Of a stretch of 64,000 nucleotides of DNA, positions 1 to 9,230 are shown piece after piece. The DNA comes from an uncultured Actinomycetota bacterium (lineage in GTDB: Bacteria; Actinomycetota; Actinomycetes; Propionibacteriales; Propionibacteriaceae): contig CAVQKU010000002.1 of NCBI GenBank assembly GCA_963713165.1, forward strand, positions 566,845 to 630,844, given 5' to 3'. How positions within the stretch are numbered: the first letter of the stretch is position 1; each line of letters starts with the position of its first letter. The translations under genes and the position numbers were made by a program. Under the pieces are notes generated by a model. It did not search any database and was not told where the DNA came from. It saw only the letters and a list, made by a program, of their open reading frames with translations.

Positions 1-93
1 CGGGGTCCCTCGACCGCCACGATCGGGGCGCTGGACGGTCCCGGGGCCGCTCCCGACGTCGTCGTCGAGGTCGAGGGCGAGGAGCCGGTGTGA
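1..93 (+). CDS. 3' end of an unidentified CDS (partial, window edge)
   Basis: Frame 1 is open from base 1 (RGPSTATIGALDGPGAAPDVVVEVEGEEPV) to TGA 91-93, overlapping the next GTG start. Confidence 0.45.
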   Translation, partial: RGPSTATIGALDGPGAAPDVVVEVEGEEPV

Positions 94-818
94 GCGCCCT
101 GCTGGAGGTCGTCGTCACCCACGCCGCCGACGCGCAGCGGGCCGAGGCGGGCGGCGCCGACCGGGTCAGCCTGGTCGGCGACCCGCTGCCGGGCACCGAG
201 CGCGAGGCCGGGGCGCTCTCGCCCGCGCCGGACCTCGTCGAGCAGGTGCGGGCCGCCACGAGCCTGCCCGTCCGCCCGCTGCTGCGGCTGCGCGACGGCT
301 ACGGCACCGATGGCGGGGAGGTCGCGCACCTGCGCGGGCTGCTGTCGGCGTACGCGTCCGCCGGCGCCGACGGCGTGGTGATGGGCTTCCTCAACGGGCT
401 CACCGAGATCGACCTCGAGGTGGTCGCCGGGCTGATCGAGGGGGCCGACGTGCGCTGGACCTTCTCGCGGGCCGTCGACGCCTGCATCTCCACCGACCGC
501 GCCTGGCGCGAGCTGCCGCACCTGCCGGGGCTCGACGCCGTCGCCACCGCCGGTTCCGCACGCGGCGTCGCCGAGGGCCTCGACGAGCTCGTCGCCCGGG
601 CCGAGGACGACCCGGCGGCGCGCCGGCTGGTGATGGCCGCGGGCGGGCTCGCGCCCGAGCACGTGCCGTGGCTCGTGCGGGCCGGGGTGTCGATGTTCCA
701 GGTGTCGACCCAGGTCCGGCCGCTCGGGTCGTGGAAGGCCTACGTCGACGCCGACCTCGTCGGCACCTGGCGCGCCCTGCTGGACAGCGAGGCGGGCCCG
801 CGGAGCGCGACGCGGTGA
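90..818 (+). CDS. cutC: CutC-family (copper homeostasis) TIM-barrel protein
   Basis: LLEVVV..ADAQRAEAGGADRV, GADGVVMGFL, WTFSRAVD, VATAG and MAAGGL match CutC-family motifs. Confidence 0.8.
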   Translation: MSALLEVVVTHAADAQRAEAGGADRVSLVGDPLPGTEREAGALSPAPDLVEQVRAATSLPVRPLLRLRDGYGTDGGEVAHLRGLLSAYASAGADGVVMGFLNGLTEIDLEVVAGLIEGADVRWTFSRAVDACISTDRAWRELPHLPGLDAVATAGSARGVAEGLDELVARAEDDPAARRLVMAAGGLAPEHVPWLVRAGVSMFQVSTQVRPLGSWKAYVDADLVGTWRALLDSEAGPRSATR

Positions 819-1090
819 TCATGGTCGACGACCCGACGTGGCCGGCGCACGGCCGCCTCTGGTCGCACCTGGCCAGCGACACCTCCTACGCCGAGCTGCA
901 CGACTTCGCCGCACGCATCGGGCTGCCGCCGCGCGCCTTCGACGGCGACCACTACGACCTGGTCGAGGACCGCTACGCCGAGGCGGTCGCCGCCGGCGCG
1001 GTCCCGTCGACCTCCCGCGCGATCGTCGCCGCGCTCCACGCGGCCGGCCTGCGGCGTCGCAAGCGCTCGCGCCTCGCCCCGCAGGCGTGA
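815..1090 (+). CDS. DUF4031-family small protein
   Basis: VDDPTWPAHGRLWSHLASDTSYAELHDFAARIGL..FDGDHYDL; GTGA overlap with the cutC stop. Confidence 0.8.
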   Translation: MIMVDDPTWPAHGRLWSHLASDTSYAELHDFAARIGLPPRAFDGDHYDLVEDRYAEAVAAGAVPSTSRAIVAALHAAGLRRRKRSRLAPQA

Positions 1091-1493
1091 CCCCGGTGGG
1101 CGGGAGGCCCGCGACCCCTCCGAGCGTCGGCCGGTGGAGGGCCCGGCGGCCGTCAGGCCTCGCCGGGCGCGCGGCGGAGCACGTCACGCCCCGCTGCGTA
1201 CGCGTCACCCTCTCGTCACCGGGCCGGGCAGGGCAGCCGGTGCTGCACCCCACCGTCTGCGCCACCTCGAGGCGCCGCGGCTGACGCCGCCCGGACGGCT
1301 TCGAGCCGTCCTGCGCCGACTGCGCGCCGACCGGCGAGCGGTGGACGCAGCGGCGGCAGCGCTCCGAGGTCCGGCTCGGCTCGCGCGCGGAGCGGCCCCG
1401 CGCCAGCGGGTGAGCCGGTCCGCCCGCCGCGGGCGTGCGGCACGGGGTGGGCGAATCGACCTGGCGGAGCGAGATCCCGGTTAGCCTGTCGGC

Positions 1494-2003
1494 ATGGTGG
1501 CGGCACAGAGCGAGGGGCAGCCCGGCTCGACCTCGCTCGTCACGCCCGAGGATGCCGACGCCCTCTCGCTGGACGACCGCCTCTGCCTCGCCCTCTACAC
1601 CGCGTCGCGCTCGATGACCGCCCGCTACCGGGTCGCGCTCGAGGACCTCGGGCTCACCTACCCCCAGTACCTGGTCATGGTGCTGCTGTGGGAGGAGGGC
1701 CCGGTGCCGGTCGGCCGCCTCGGCGAGCGGCTCTACCTCGAGTCGAGCACGCTGTCGCCGCTGCTCAAGCGACTCGAGTCGATGGGCCTGATCAGTCGCA
1801 CGCGCGACCGCGCCGACGAGCGCCTGGTCATCATCAGCCTCACCCGCGCCGGGCGCCGCCTGCAGGACCGGGCGGGTTCGGTGACCCTGGAGGTCTGCCG
1901 CGCGTCCGGGCTGACGATGAGCGACGCCGCCGACCTGGTGAAGGAGCTCCGCTCCCTCGACGCCCGCCTGCGCGACTCCACGCGCGGGGCGCGCTCCGCG
2001 TAG
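1494..2003 (+). CDS. MarR-family regulator, OhrR-like
   Basis: LSLDDRLCLALY (N-terminal Cys), LGLTYPQYLVMVLLWE, LESSTLSPLLKRLE, R..DER; TAGCCT -10 lies 6 nt before the ATG. Confidence 0.85.
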   Translation: MVAAQSEGQPGSTSLVTPEDADALSLDDRLCLALYTASRSMTARYRVALEDLGLTYPQYLVMVLLWEEGPVPVGRLGERLYLESSTLSPLLKRLESMGLISRTRDRADERLVIISLTRAGRRLQDRAGSVTLEVCRASGLTMSDAADLVKELRSLDARLRDSTRGARSA

Positions 2004-2030
2004 CCTCGCTCCTCGCTCCTCGCTCCTCGC
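2004..2030. repeat. Tandem heptamer (CCTCGCT)x4
   Basis: cctcgct cctcgct cctcgct cctcgc directly after the MarR stop codon. Confidence 0.85.
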
Positions 2031-2116
2031 ACCGCTCGAACGCGGACCGGGCGCCGGTCCGCGCGGTCCGGTGCGGGTCCGGCCTCCACCGGTGGTTCCG
2101 CCGAGACGTGGTCGGA

Positions 2117-4192
2117 TCATCCAAGGGCCTGCGGCAGGTCGGCCGCGTGCACGACGACGAGGCTCGTCACGGCCCGGGTGAGGCAGACGTAGAGGCGGCG
2201 CAGGCCGGTGACCTCGTCGGCCTCGGCGGCGACGAGCTCGGCCGGCTCGAGCAGCACGACGTGGTCGAACTCCAGGCCCTTGACCAGGGTCGCCGGGACG
2301 ACGTCGACGCGGCGCGCCGGGCCGTCGGCGCCGAGGTCGCTCGCCTCGCCGAGCAGGTCGTACGCGATGCCGGCCCCACCCAGGCCGGCGGCGGCATCGG
2401 CAGCCCGGGCGTCGGGCACGACGACCCCGACCGTCCCCTCGTGCCGCAGCGCCTCGCCGACGGCGGCGACGAGGCCGGCGAGCGGGTCGGCGCTGCGACG
2501 CAGGTCGAGCTCGCCGGCGGAGTGGCGCACCGAGCGGGGCGGCGTCAGCGTCGGGGCGATCACCGGCAGCAGCCGGGCGGCGTAGTCGATCACCAGGCCC
2601 GGCACCCGGAAGCCCTCGACGAGCTCGGTGACCACCGCGTCGGGTTGGCCGAGGTGGGTGAGGGCCTCCCTCCACGACCCCACCGACCAGGGCGTCGTGG
2701 CCTGGGCGAGGTCGCCGAGCACGGTCATCGACCCGGTGCTCGCGCGTCGACCGACCGCCCGCAGCATCATCGGTGAGAGGTCCTGCGCCTCGTCGAGCAC
2801 GACGTGGCCCAGGCTCGGCGTCCGGCTGAGCACGTCGCCCACCTCGTCGACGAGGGTGAGGTCGGCCAGCGTCCAGCGGGCGGTCCGCGGCGTACGCCCG
2901 GGGCGGCTCGCCAGCAGCTCGGCCTGCTCCTCCGCGCTCAGCACGCCGTCGGCGGCGGCCGCGAGCAGCTCGGCGTCGGTCAGCAGCCGGAGCACCAGCT
3001 TCGCGGGGTCGAGGGCCGGCCAGAGGGCGGCGACGTACGCCTTCACCTCGCGGCTGCGCGCCACCGCGGCCTGGACGCGGTCGTCGGGGGAGTCACCGGC
3101 AGCCTCCATCCGCAGCAGCACCTGGTGCGCGAGCCGCTGCGCGAGCATCGTGCGGCCGGCCTCGTAGCGCACGCCGCGCCCGCGGAGCTCGCCGACGACC
3201 TCGTCGGCGAGGTAGGCGGGGACCCGCCACTGGTGGATGCCGCGGGGCAGCACGAGCGTCTCCCGCGCGGCGGCGAGGTGGCCCCAGGCCGCGCGCCGCA
3301 CGACCTCGGCCAGGCGCGCGTCGCCCTTGAGCCGGGCGCGTGCTGCGGGTTCGGTGGCGCGGACGGCCAGCCCGGTCGCGTCGGCGAGCATCGACTCGAC
3401 CGTCGACTGCGCGGCGTCGATCTCGCCGAGCGCGGGGAGCACGTCGCCGATGTAGGACAGGAAGCTCGCGTTCGGCCCGACGACGAGCACGCCCGAGCGG
3501 GCCAGCTGCTCGCGGTGGGCGTACAGCAGGTAGGCGGCGCGGTGCAGCCCGACGGCCGTCTTGCCCGTGCCCGGCGCGCCCTGCACGCAGACCGAGCGGG
3601 CGAGCCCGGCGCGCACGATGACGTCCTGCTCGGGCTGGATGGTGGCGACGATGTCGCGCATCGGCCCGGTACGGGGCCGCTCGATCTCCGACTGCAGGAT
3701 CGCGGAGCCGGTCCCGGCCACCGCCGCGCCGCCGGTCAGGTCCTCGTCCTCGTACGCGGTGAGGGCCCCGGTGGAGAAGCCGAACCGCCGCCGGCGGCGT
3801 ACGCGCATCGGTTCGGCGGGTCGCGCGCGGTAGAAGGGCAGCGCCATGCCGGCCCGCCAGTCGATGACCAGCGGTTCGCCGCCGGCCTCGCCGGTGACGT
3901 GGCGCCGGCCGACGTAGAGGGTCTCGTCGCGCTCCGCGCCGAGGTCGGCGGCGTAGTCGAGGCGGCCGAAGAAGAGCGGCACCGTCGGGTCGTCCTGGAG
4001 CGACAGCATCCGGCGGTGCAGGACCTGCTTGAGGTGCTCGGTGGAGACGCGGTCACCGCCCTGGGCGGTCAGGCCGGCGGTCGTCGCCCGCATCCGGGCG
4101 AGGGCGTGGCGGGACTCGAGGAGGTGGTCCTGCTCGGCCCGCAGGACCGGATCAGGGGGGCGGTCGGGCGTCGCGGTCCGGTCCGTGGGCAT
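2117..4192 (-). CDS. HelD-family (UvrD-like) RNA polymerase recycling ATPase
   Basis: MRDIVATIQPEQD, VQGAPGTGKT, LHRAAYLLY, DEAQD, KGLEFD and LYVCLTRA motifs; start placed at ATG 4192 (MPTDRT). Confidence 0.85.
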   Translation of the reverse strand: MPTDRTATPDRPPDPVLRAEQDHLLESRHALARMRATTAGLTAQGGDRVSTEHLKQVLHRRMLSLQDDPTVPLFFGRLDYAADLGAERDETLYVGRRHVTGEAGGEPLVIDWRAGMALPFYRARPAEPMRVRRRRRFGFSTGALTAYEDEDLTGGAAVAGTGSAILQSEIERPRTGPMRDIVATIQPEQDVIVRAGLARSVCVQGAPGTGKTAVGLHRAAYLLYAHREQLARSGVLVVGPNASFLSYIGDVLPALGEIDAAQSTVESMLADATGLAVRATEPAARARLKGDARLAEVVRRAAWGHLAAARETLVLPRGIHQWRVPAYLADEVVGELRGRGVRYEAGRTMLAQRLAHQVLLRMEAAGDSPDDRVQAAVARSREVKAYVAALWPALDPAKLVLRLLTDAELLAAAADGVLSAEEQAELLASRPGRTPRTARWTLADLTLVDEVGDVLSRTPSLGHVVLDEAQDLSPMMLRAVGRRASTGSMTVLGDLAQATTPWSVGSWREALTHLGQPDAVVTELVEGFRVPGLVIDYAARLLPVIAPTLTPPRSVRHSAGELDLRRSADPLAGLVAAVGEALRHEGTVGVVVPDARAADAAAGLGGAGIAYDLLGEASDLGADGPARRVDVVPATLVKGLEFDHVVLLEPAELVAAEADEVTGLRRLYVCLTRAVTSLVVVHAADLPQALG

Positions 4193-4342
4193 GCGTGCGC
4201 TCCGATGCTCGATCGGTGGGGTGGCGGGGTGCCGCAGGGGCGAGGGGACACGGTAGGCCCCGGCGCCCGCCGCGTCCAGGGGTGTGCGGGCCGACGCGCC
4301 CCCGGCGACATCGCCCGCGGAGGCCTTCCTACGCTGGGTCGT

Positions 4343-4918
4343 GTGAGCCACCCCGCCCAGCCGCCCGCTCGGACCCGCTCGTTCTCGGCGGTCGAGAACC
4401 CCGCCGACCGGCCCCGGACCTCGCGCAGGACCGTCCGCGTCCTGCTGCTCAACCCGGAGGGCGCGACCCTGCTCTTCGAGGACAGCGATCCCGGCCTGGT
4501 CGACGTGCGCTGGTGGGTGACGCCCGGCGGCGGCATCGACCCCGGTGAGTCCGAGCCCGAGGCCGCCGTGCGCGAGGTGCGCGAGGAGACCGGCTTCGAC
4601 CTCGACCCGTCCGCGCTGCTCGGGCCCGTCGCGCGGCGCCACGTCGTGCACGGCTACTCCGACCAGGTGATCGAGCAGGACGAGTCCTTCTACCTGGCCA
4701 AGGTCGACACGTTCGACGTGGACGTCTCGGCGCACACGCCCGAGGAGAAGATCACCTTCAAGGGCCACCGCTGGTGGTCGACCGAGGACCTGCGCGGCAG
4801 CGACGAGTGGGTCTGGCCGCGCGAGCTCGAGGAGATCCTGCTGCTCCTCGACCAGGCGGACCGCTGGCCCGTCGAGCTCGGCTTCCAGGAGGAGTCGACG
4901 GTTCCCGACGTCGGCTGA
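4343..4918 (+). CDS. NUDIX hydrolase
   Basis: Nudix box GGGIDPGESEPEAAVREVREETG; TACGCT -10 lies 7 nt before GTG 4343. Confidence 0.9.
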   Translation: MSHPAQPPARTRSFSAVENPADRPRTSRRTVRVLLLNPEGATLLFEDSDPGLVDVRWWVTPGGGIDPGESEPEAAVREVREETGFDLDPSALLGPVARRHVVHGYSDQVIEQDESFYLAKVDTFDVDVSAHTPEEKITFKGHRWWSTEDLRGSDEWVWPRELEEILLLLDQADRWPVELGFQEESTVPDVG

Positions 4919-4978
4919 GCCGCTGGGCGAGCCCTGGCCCCGTCACGGTGCCCGGGCTCATCGGCGTCTCGTGACGGT

Positions 4979-6634
4979 TCACTCGGCCGCGAGCGCGTCC
5001 TCGGCGTCCATGATCGTGTACGCGTAGCCCTGCTCGGCGAGGAAGCGCTGCCGGTGCGCGGCGAACTCCGCGTCGACGGTGTCGCGGCTGACGACGGCGT
5101 AGAAGCGCGCGGTCAGCCCGTCGGACTTGGGCCGCAGCAGCCGGCCCAGCCGCTGGGCCTCCTCCTGACGCGAGCCGAACGCCCCTGACACCTGGATCGC
5201 CACCTGGGCGCTGGGCAGGTCGATGGAGAAGTTCGCGACCTTGCTGACCACGAGCAGGTCGATCTCGCCGGAGCGGAACGCCTCGTAGAGGCGCTCGCGC
5301 TGCCGCACGGTCGTGTCGCCGGTGATGAGGGCCGCGTCGAGGCGCTGCGCGAGCTCCTCGAGCTGGTCGACGTACTGGCCGATGACCAGGGTCGGCTGGC
5401 CGGCGTGCTTGCGCACGAGGTCGACCACGACGTCGGTCTTGGAGTCGGCGGTCGAGGCGAGCCGGTAGCGCACGTCGGGCTCGGCGACCGCGTACGTCAT
5501 CCGCTCGGGTTCGCTGAGTGTCACCCGGACCTCGACGCAGTCGGCCGGGGCGATGTAGCCCTGCGCCTCGATGTCCTTCCACGGCGCGTCGTAGCGCTTG
5601 GGCCCGATGAGGGAGAACACGTCGCCCTCGCGCCCGTCCTCCCGGACGAGGGTCGCGGTGAGGCCGAGGCGGCGGCGCGCCTGCAGGTCGGCGGTCATGC
5701 GGAAGACCGGCGCCGGCAGCAGGTGCACCTCGTCGTACATGACCAGGCCCCAGTCGCGGGCCCCGAAGAGCTCGAGGTGGGGGTGCACGCCGCCCCGCTT
5801 GGTGGTGATCACCTGGTAGGTCGCGATGGTGACCGGCCGGATCTCCTTCTTGGAGCCCGAGTACTCGCCGATCTCCTCCGGCGTCAGGCTCGTCCGGCGT
5901 ACGAGCTCGTCGCGCCACTGGCGCGCGGAGACCGTGTTGGTGACGAGGATCAGCGTGGTCGTCTTGGCCGTGGCCATGGCGGCCGCGCCGACGATCGTCT
6001 TGCCCGCCCCGCAGGGCAGCACCACGACGCCCGAGCCGCCGTGGAAGAAGGACTCGGCGGCCTGCGCCTGGTAGGGCCGCAGCTCCCAGCCGTCCTGCTC
6101 CAGCTCGATCGCGTGAGCCTCGCCGTTGACGTAGCCGGCGAGGTCCTCGGCCGGCCAGCCGAGCTTGAGCAGCACCTGCTTGAGGTGGCCGCGCTCGCTG
6201 GCGTGCACCACGACGGTGTCGTCGTCGACGCGGAGCCCGACCAGGCCCTTGACCTTGGCGCTCTTGAGCACCTCGGCGAGCACCGGGCGGTCGGTCGTCA
6301 CGAGCACGAGGCCGTGGGTCGGGTGCTTCTCGATGCGGAGCCGGCCGTAGCGGTCCATCGTGTCGGCGACGTCGACCAGCAGCCCGTTCGGGACGGGGTA
6401 GCGGCTGTAGGTGAGCAGGGTGTCGACGACCTGCTCGGCGTCGTGGCCGGCGGCGCGCGCGTTCCACAGGCCCAGCGGGGTCAGCCGGTAGGTGTGGATG
6501 TGCTCGGGCGCGCGCTCCAGCTCGGCGAAGGGCGCGATGGCGATCCGGCACGCCTCGGCGGCGGGGTGGTCGACCTCGAGGAGCAGGGTCTTGTCGGACT
6601 GGACGACGAGTGGCCCAGGGGCTTCAGCAGACAT
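4979..6634 (-). CDS. XPB/Ssl2-like DNA repair helicase
   Basis: LVVQSDKTLLLEVDH, LRPYQ, VLPCGAGKT, DEVH, SKVANFSIDLP, QRLGRLLRP. Confidence 0.92.
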   Translation of the reverse strand: MSAEAPGPLVVQSDKTLLLEVDHPAAEACRIAIAPFAELERAPEHIHTYRLTPLGLWNARAAGHDAEQVVDTLLTYSRYPVPNGLLVDVADTMDRYGRLRIEKHPTHGLVLVTTDRPVLAEVLKSAKVKGLVGLRVDDDTVVVHASERGHLKQVLLKLGWPAEDLAGYVNGEAHAIELEQDGWELRPYQAQAAESFFHGGSGVVVLPCGAGKTIVGAAAMATAKTTTLILVTNTVSARQWRDELVRRTSLTPEEIGEYSGSKKEIRPVTIATYQVITTKRGGVHPHLELFGARDWGLVMYDEVHLLPAPVFRMTADLQARRRLGLTATLVREDGREGDVFSLIGPKRYDAPWKDIEAQGYIAPADCVEVRVTLSEPERMTYAVAEPDVRYRLASTADSKTDVVVDLVRKHAGQPTLVIGQYVDQLEELAQRLDAALITGDTTVRQRERLYEAFRSGEIDLLVVSKVANFSIDLPSAQVAIQVSGAFGSRQEEAQRLGRLLRPKSDGLTARFYAVVSRDTVDAEFAAHRQRFLAEQGYAYTIMDAEDALAAE

Positions 6635-6808
6635 CCGTCCCAGCGTAGGCGCGCGTCCCGCACCGGGCCCGGGTTCCGTCGAACCCCTGCCACGGTGACC
6701 GCCGCCGCCTCGGCCAGCGCCACCGCCTCTGCCGACCTGCCCCGCCCCTGCCGACCTGCCCCGCCCCGACCTGCGCGTGCCGGCCCCGCTCGTCTGCGCG
6801 TCGGGCCG

Positions 6809-6904
6809 GTCGGTTTACCACGTTGACGTGGTGTTCCTCCCGTGACCGCGGCAAATTCGCTGGGTCCACGGTCGGTTTACCACGTCAACGTGGTAACCCG
6901 ACCG
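6809..6904. repeat. Composite palindromic repeat (hairpin A' - linker B - hairpin A), BIME/REP-like
   Basis: gtcggtttaccacgttgacgtggt at 6809; 17-bp-stem hairpin cggtcggtttaccacgt-ca-acgtggtaacccgaccg at 6869-6904; linker 6841-6870 matches 46473-46502 at 23/30 nt. Confidence 0.8.
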
Positions 6905-7006
6905 GCCCGAGGAGGCCCGAGGAGGGGCGAGGAGGGGCGAGGAGGGGGAGGAGGCCCGAGGAGGGGGCGGAGGGGCGCGGACGGTGCGGGGAGGGCGGCA
7001 GGGGGG

Positions 7007-9226
7007 TCAGACCGGCTCGACGGCGGCGATGCGGCTGAGGGCGATGGTGACGATCTCGGCGTTGGTGCGGTCGACGGCGCGGACGAGTCCGGCGGAGAGG
7101 TCGAGGGGGGCGAGGTCGCGCTGGGTGGAGCGGCCGTCGTTCTGGACCCACGTCACGCGGACGGGCAGGCCGTCGCGGGTCGCGGCGCGCAGGTCGTCGA
7201 GCGCGGCGGCGGCGGCCGTCGCGGTGGCCGCCCGCTGGTCGGCGGCCACGAGGGCCGAGGCGACGTCAGCCGTACGCGGGGGCGTGGGCGCCGGTGCGAG
7301 GCGGGCGGCCGGCGCGCGGGGGACCGGCGGTGCCGGCAGGCCCCGGCCGTGCGCGTCCTCGGCGACCGGGCTGAGGCCCACCTCGCGGAGCGCCTCGAGC
7401 AGCTCGTCGGGCTCGGCCGCGGCGATGACGACGCCGGCGGCGAGGCGGCGCAGGCCGAGCGCCGCGGCCTGCGGGTGGCGCAGCAGGACGCTCAGCTGGG
7501 CGTCGTCCTCACTGGTCACGAAGCTGAGCGCGGGCCCGACCCGGACGGCGCCGTGGCGGCGGGCGACGTCGCCGAGCAGGTACTCCAGCGGCTGCGGAAC
7601 CGGCGTGGTCGCGTGCGCGCGCAGCCACTCCAGCGACTGCTCCGCGCTCCAGCCGGCGTCGAGCGCGCGGCGCACCGAGTCGGCGCTGAACCGGAACACC
7701 GCCCCCGCACCGCGCGACTCCTGGGTCGCGAGCAGGCGCAGGTCGGCGGCGACGTCGTGGCGCAGCGGCCCCGGGGCGACCGCGGTCAGGTCCGCCTGGA
7801 GGACCAGGTGCGTGACCGCCTCGGGGAAGAGGTCGGCCAGCTGGGGAGGCAGTGCCTCGCCGGCGAGCAGCCCGGGAGCGAACCCCGACACCGCGTCCAG
7901 CGCGACGAACCCCAGCCAGGACGCCTCGCGCCACAGGTCGCGGGTCAGCTCGACCGCGGCCTCGGGCGTCCGCGCCAGCCGTGGTCGTTCCCAGGCCAGC
8001 GCGGCGCCCAGCTCGGCAGGGTCGAGCACCGTGCCCGGGCCGGCGGTGACGGCCAGCCCGAGGGTGGTCCGGCGCAGGGCCGGCGCGGAGGGCGACTCGG
8101 CCTCGGGCCCCAGCGCGTGGCCGCCGTTGGTCGCCGAGCGCGCGAACCAGCGCGTGGCGCCGAGCCAGGCCCGCGCCACGACGGTCCAGCGCTCGGGAGC
8201 GGGCCGGGTGAGGAAGCGGTCGTACGCGGGCGTGGGCAGCACGCCGTGGCTGCTGCCCGGCGCGACCAGCCCGGCGGCGGCGGCCAGCTCGACCAGGAAG
8301 GTCGCGTGGCCGACGTCGGTGCCGAGCGCCCGGACGAGCGCGGCCAGGTCGCGCGTCGCCAGGCCGCCGGTGCGCAGCGGGCGGAACGGCTGGTCCTCGA
8401 GCGCGCGGGCGACCAGGTCGAGGTCGTCCAGCAGGGCGAGCACGGCGCCGGCCGCGGCCCGGTCGACGAGGGTGGCCGACCGGCTGCGTCCGCTCAGCAC
8501 GGGTCCCTGGGTGGGTACGGGCGCGGGGGTCAGCCGACCCCCGCGGAGGCGCAGCGCGACCTCGCGGGGCAGCACGACCGTGTCGCCGTCGAGCGTACGG
8601 AGCAGGCGCAGGGCCAGCAGCGCGCCGACGGGGGAGCGGGAGGGGTCGGCACCCGCCCGGTCGGCCTGGCGCGACACCCCCGTCGGCGACCACACGAGCC
8701 GGTCGAGCACGGCGTTCATCGCCGGTGTGCAGGCGGCGAGGCCCGACTCGATCTCGGCGTCGTCGAGGGGCTGGCGCGAGGGCACCGCGAGCCCGAGGGG
8801 GTGCGGCTCGAACGCCTCGCGCACCGTGCGGACCAGGTGCAGGACGTCGTCGTCGCCCCAGGCGAGGGCGCGCCGGCGCAGCACCTCGACGGTCGCCGCG
8901 ACGTCCCCGTCCGGCGGTGCGTGGTCCTGCGCCCCGCCGTCGCCGACGGGCCGCGGGCCGGCACCGAGCAGCGCCTCGAGCTCGGCCAGGGTGGTGGGGT
9001 CGGGCAGCGCGGCGAGCGCCTCGGCCACCAGCCGCTGCCAGGCGTCGAGGTCGTCCAGCGCGCGGGCCGTGGAGGCCGACGTCGTCGCCCGGGAGGCGAG
9101 CTCGGAGAGGTCGCGCGGCATCGGCACGGTCAGGTCCGGGCGGGCGCGCAGGAGCGCCTCGACCGTGTCGACGGGCCAGCGGCGCAGGCTCTCGGTCAGG
9201 GTGCGCGGACGGGTCGGGTCAGCCAC
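7007..9226 (-). CDS. XPB-associated helicase C-terminal (Helicase_C_3-like) domain protein
   Basis: N-terminal LLRARPDL..P..L.ELA.R; C-terminal LVLQADLTAVAPGPL and ESRGAGAVFRFSADSVRRALDAG..PVPQPLEYL; WYL-like tail; adjacent to XPB. Confidence 0.8.
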   Translation of the reverse strand: MADPTRPRTLTESLRRWPVDTVEALLRARPDLTVPMPRDLSELASRATTSASTARALDDLDAWQRLVAEALAALPDPTTLAELEALLGAGPRPVGDGGAQDHAPPDGDVAATVEVLRRRALAWGDDDVLHLVRTVREAFEPHPLGLAVPSRQPLDDAEIESGLAACTPAMNAVLDRLVWSPTGVSRQADRAGADPSRSPVGALLALRLLRTLDGDTVVLPREVALRLRGGRLTPAPVPTQGPVLSGRSRSATLVDRAAAGAVLALLDDLDLVARALEDQPFRPLRTGGLATRDLAALVRALGTDVGHATFLVELAAAAGLVAPGSSHGVLPTPAYDRFLTRPAPERWTVVARAWLGATRWFARSATNGGHALGPEAESPSAPALRRTTLGLAVTAGPGTVLDPAELGAALAWERPRLARTPEAAVELTRDLWREASWLGFVALDAVSGFAPGLLAGEALPPQLADLFPEAVTHLVLQADLTAVAPGPLRHDVAADLRLLATQESRGAGAVFRFSADSVRRALDAGWSAEQSLEWLRAHATTPVPQPLEYLLGDVARRHGAVRVGPALSFVTSEDDAQLSVLLRHPQAAALGLRRLAAGVVIAAAEPDELLEALREVGLSPVAEDAHGRGLPAPPVPRAPAARLAPAPTPPRTADVASALVAADQRAATATAAAAALDDLRAATRDGLPVRVTWVQNDGRSTQRDLAPLDLSAGLVRAVDRTNAEIVTIALSRIAAVEPV

Positions 9227-9230
9227 CCGC

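Noticed and set aside
1090-1494. Protein-coding gene in the DUF4031-marR gap (ORFs 1134-1484 plus, 1216-1506 minus)
   Set aside because: No SD or -10 support, low-complexity translations and no recognisable family.
4193-4342. Rifamycin-associated element (RAE) upstream of the HelD-like gene
   Set aside because: No RAE-like 19-bp palindrome seen, so the gene is not called a rifamycin-inducible helR.
4938-4978. ccgtcacg...cgtgacgg inverted repeat as another copy of the 27-bp core
   Set aside because: It shares only a short word; its position between convergent genes fits an ordinary terminator.
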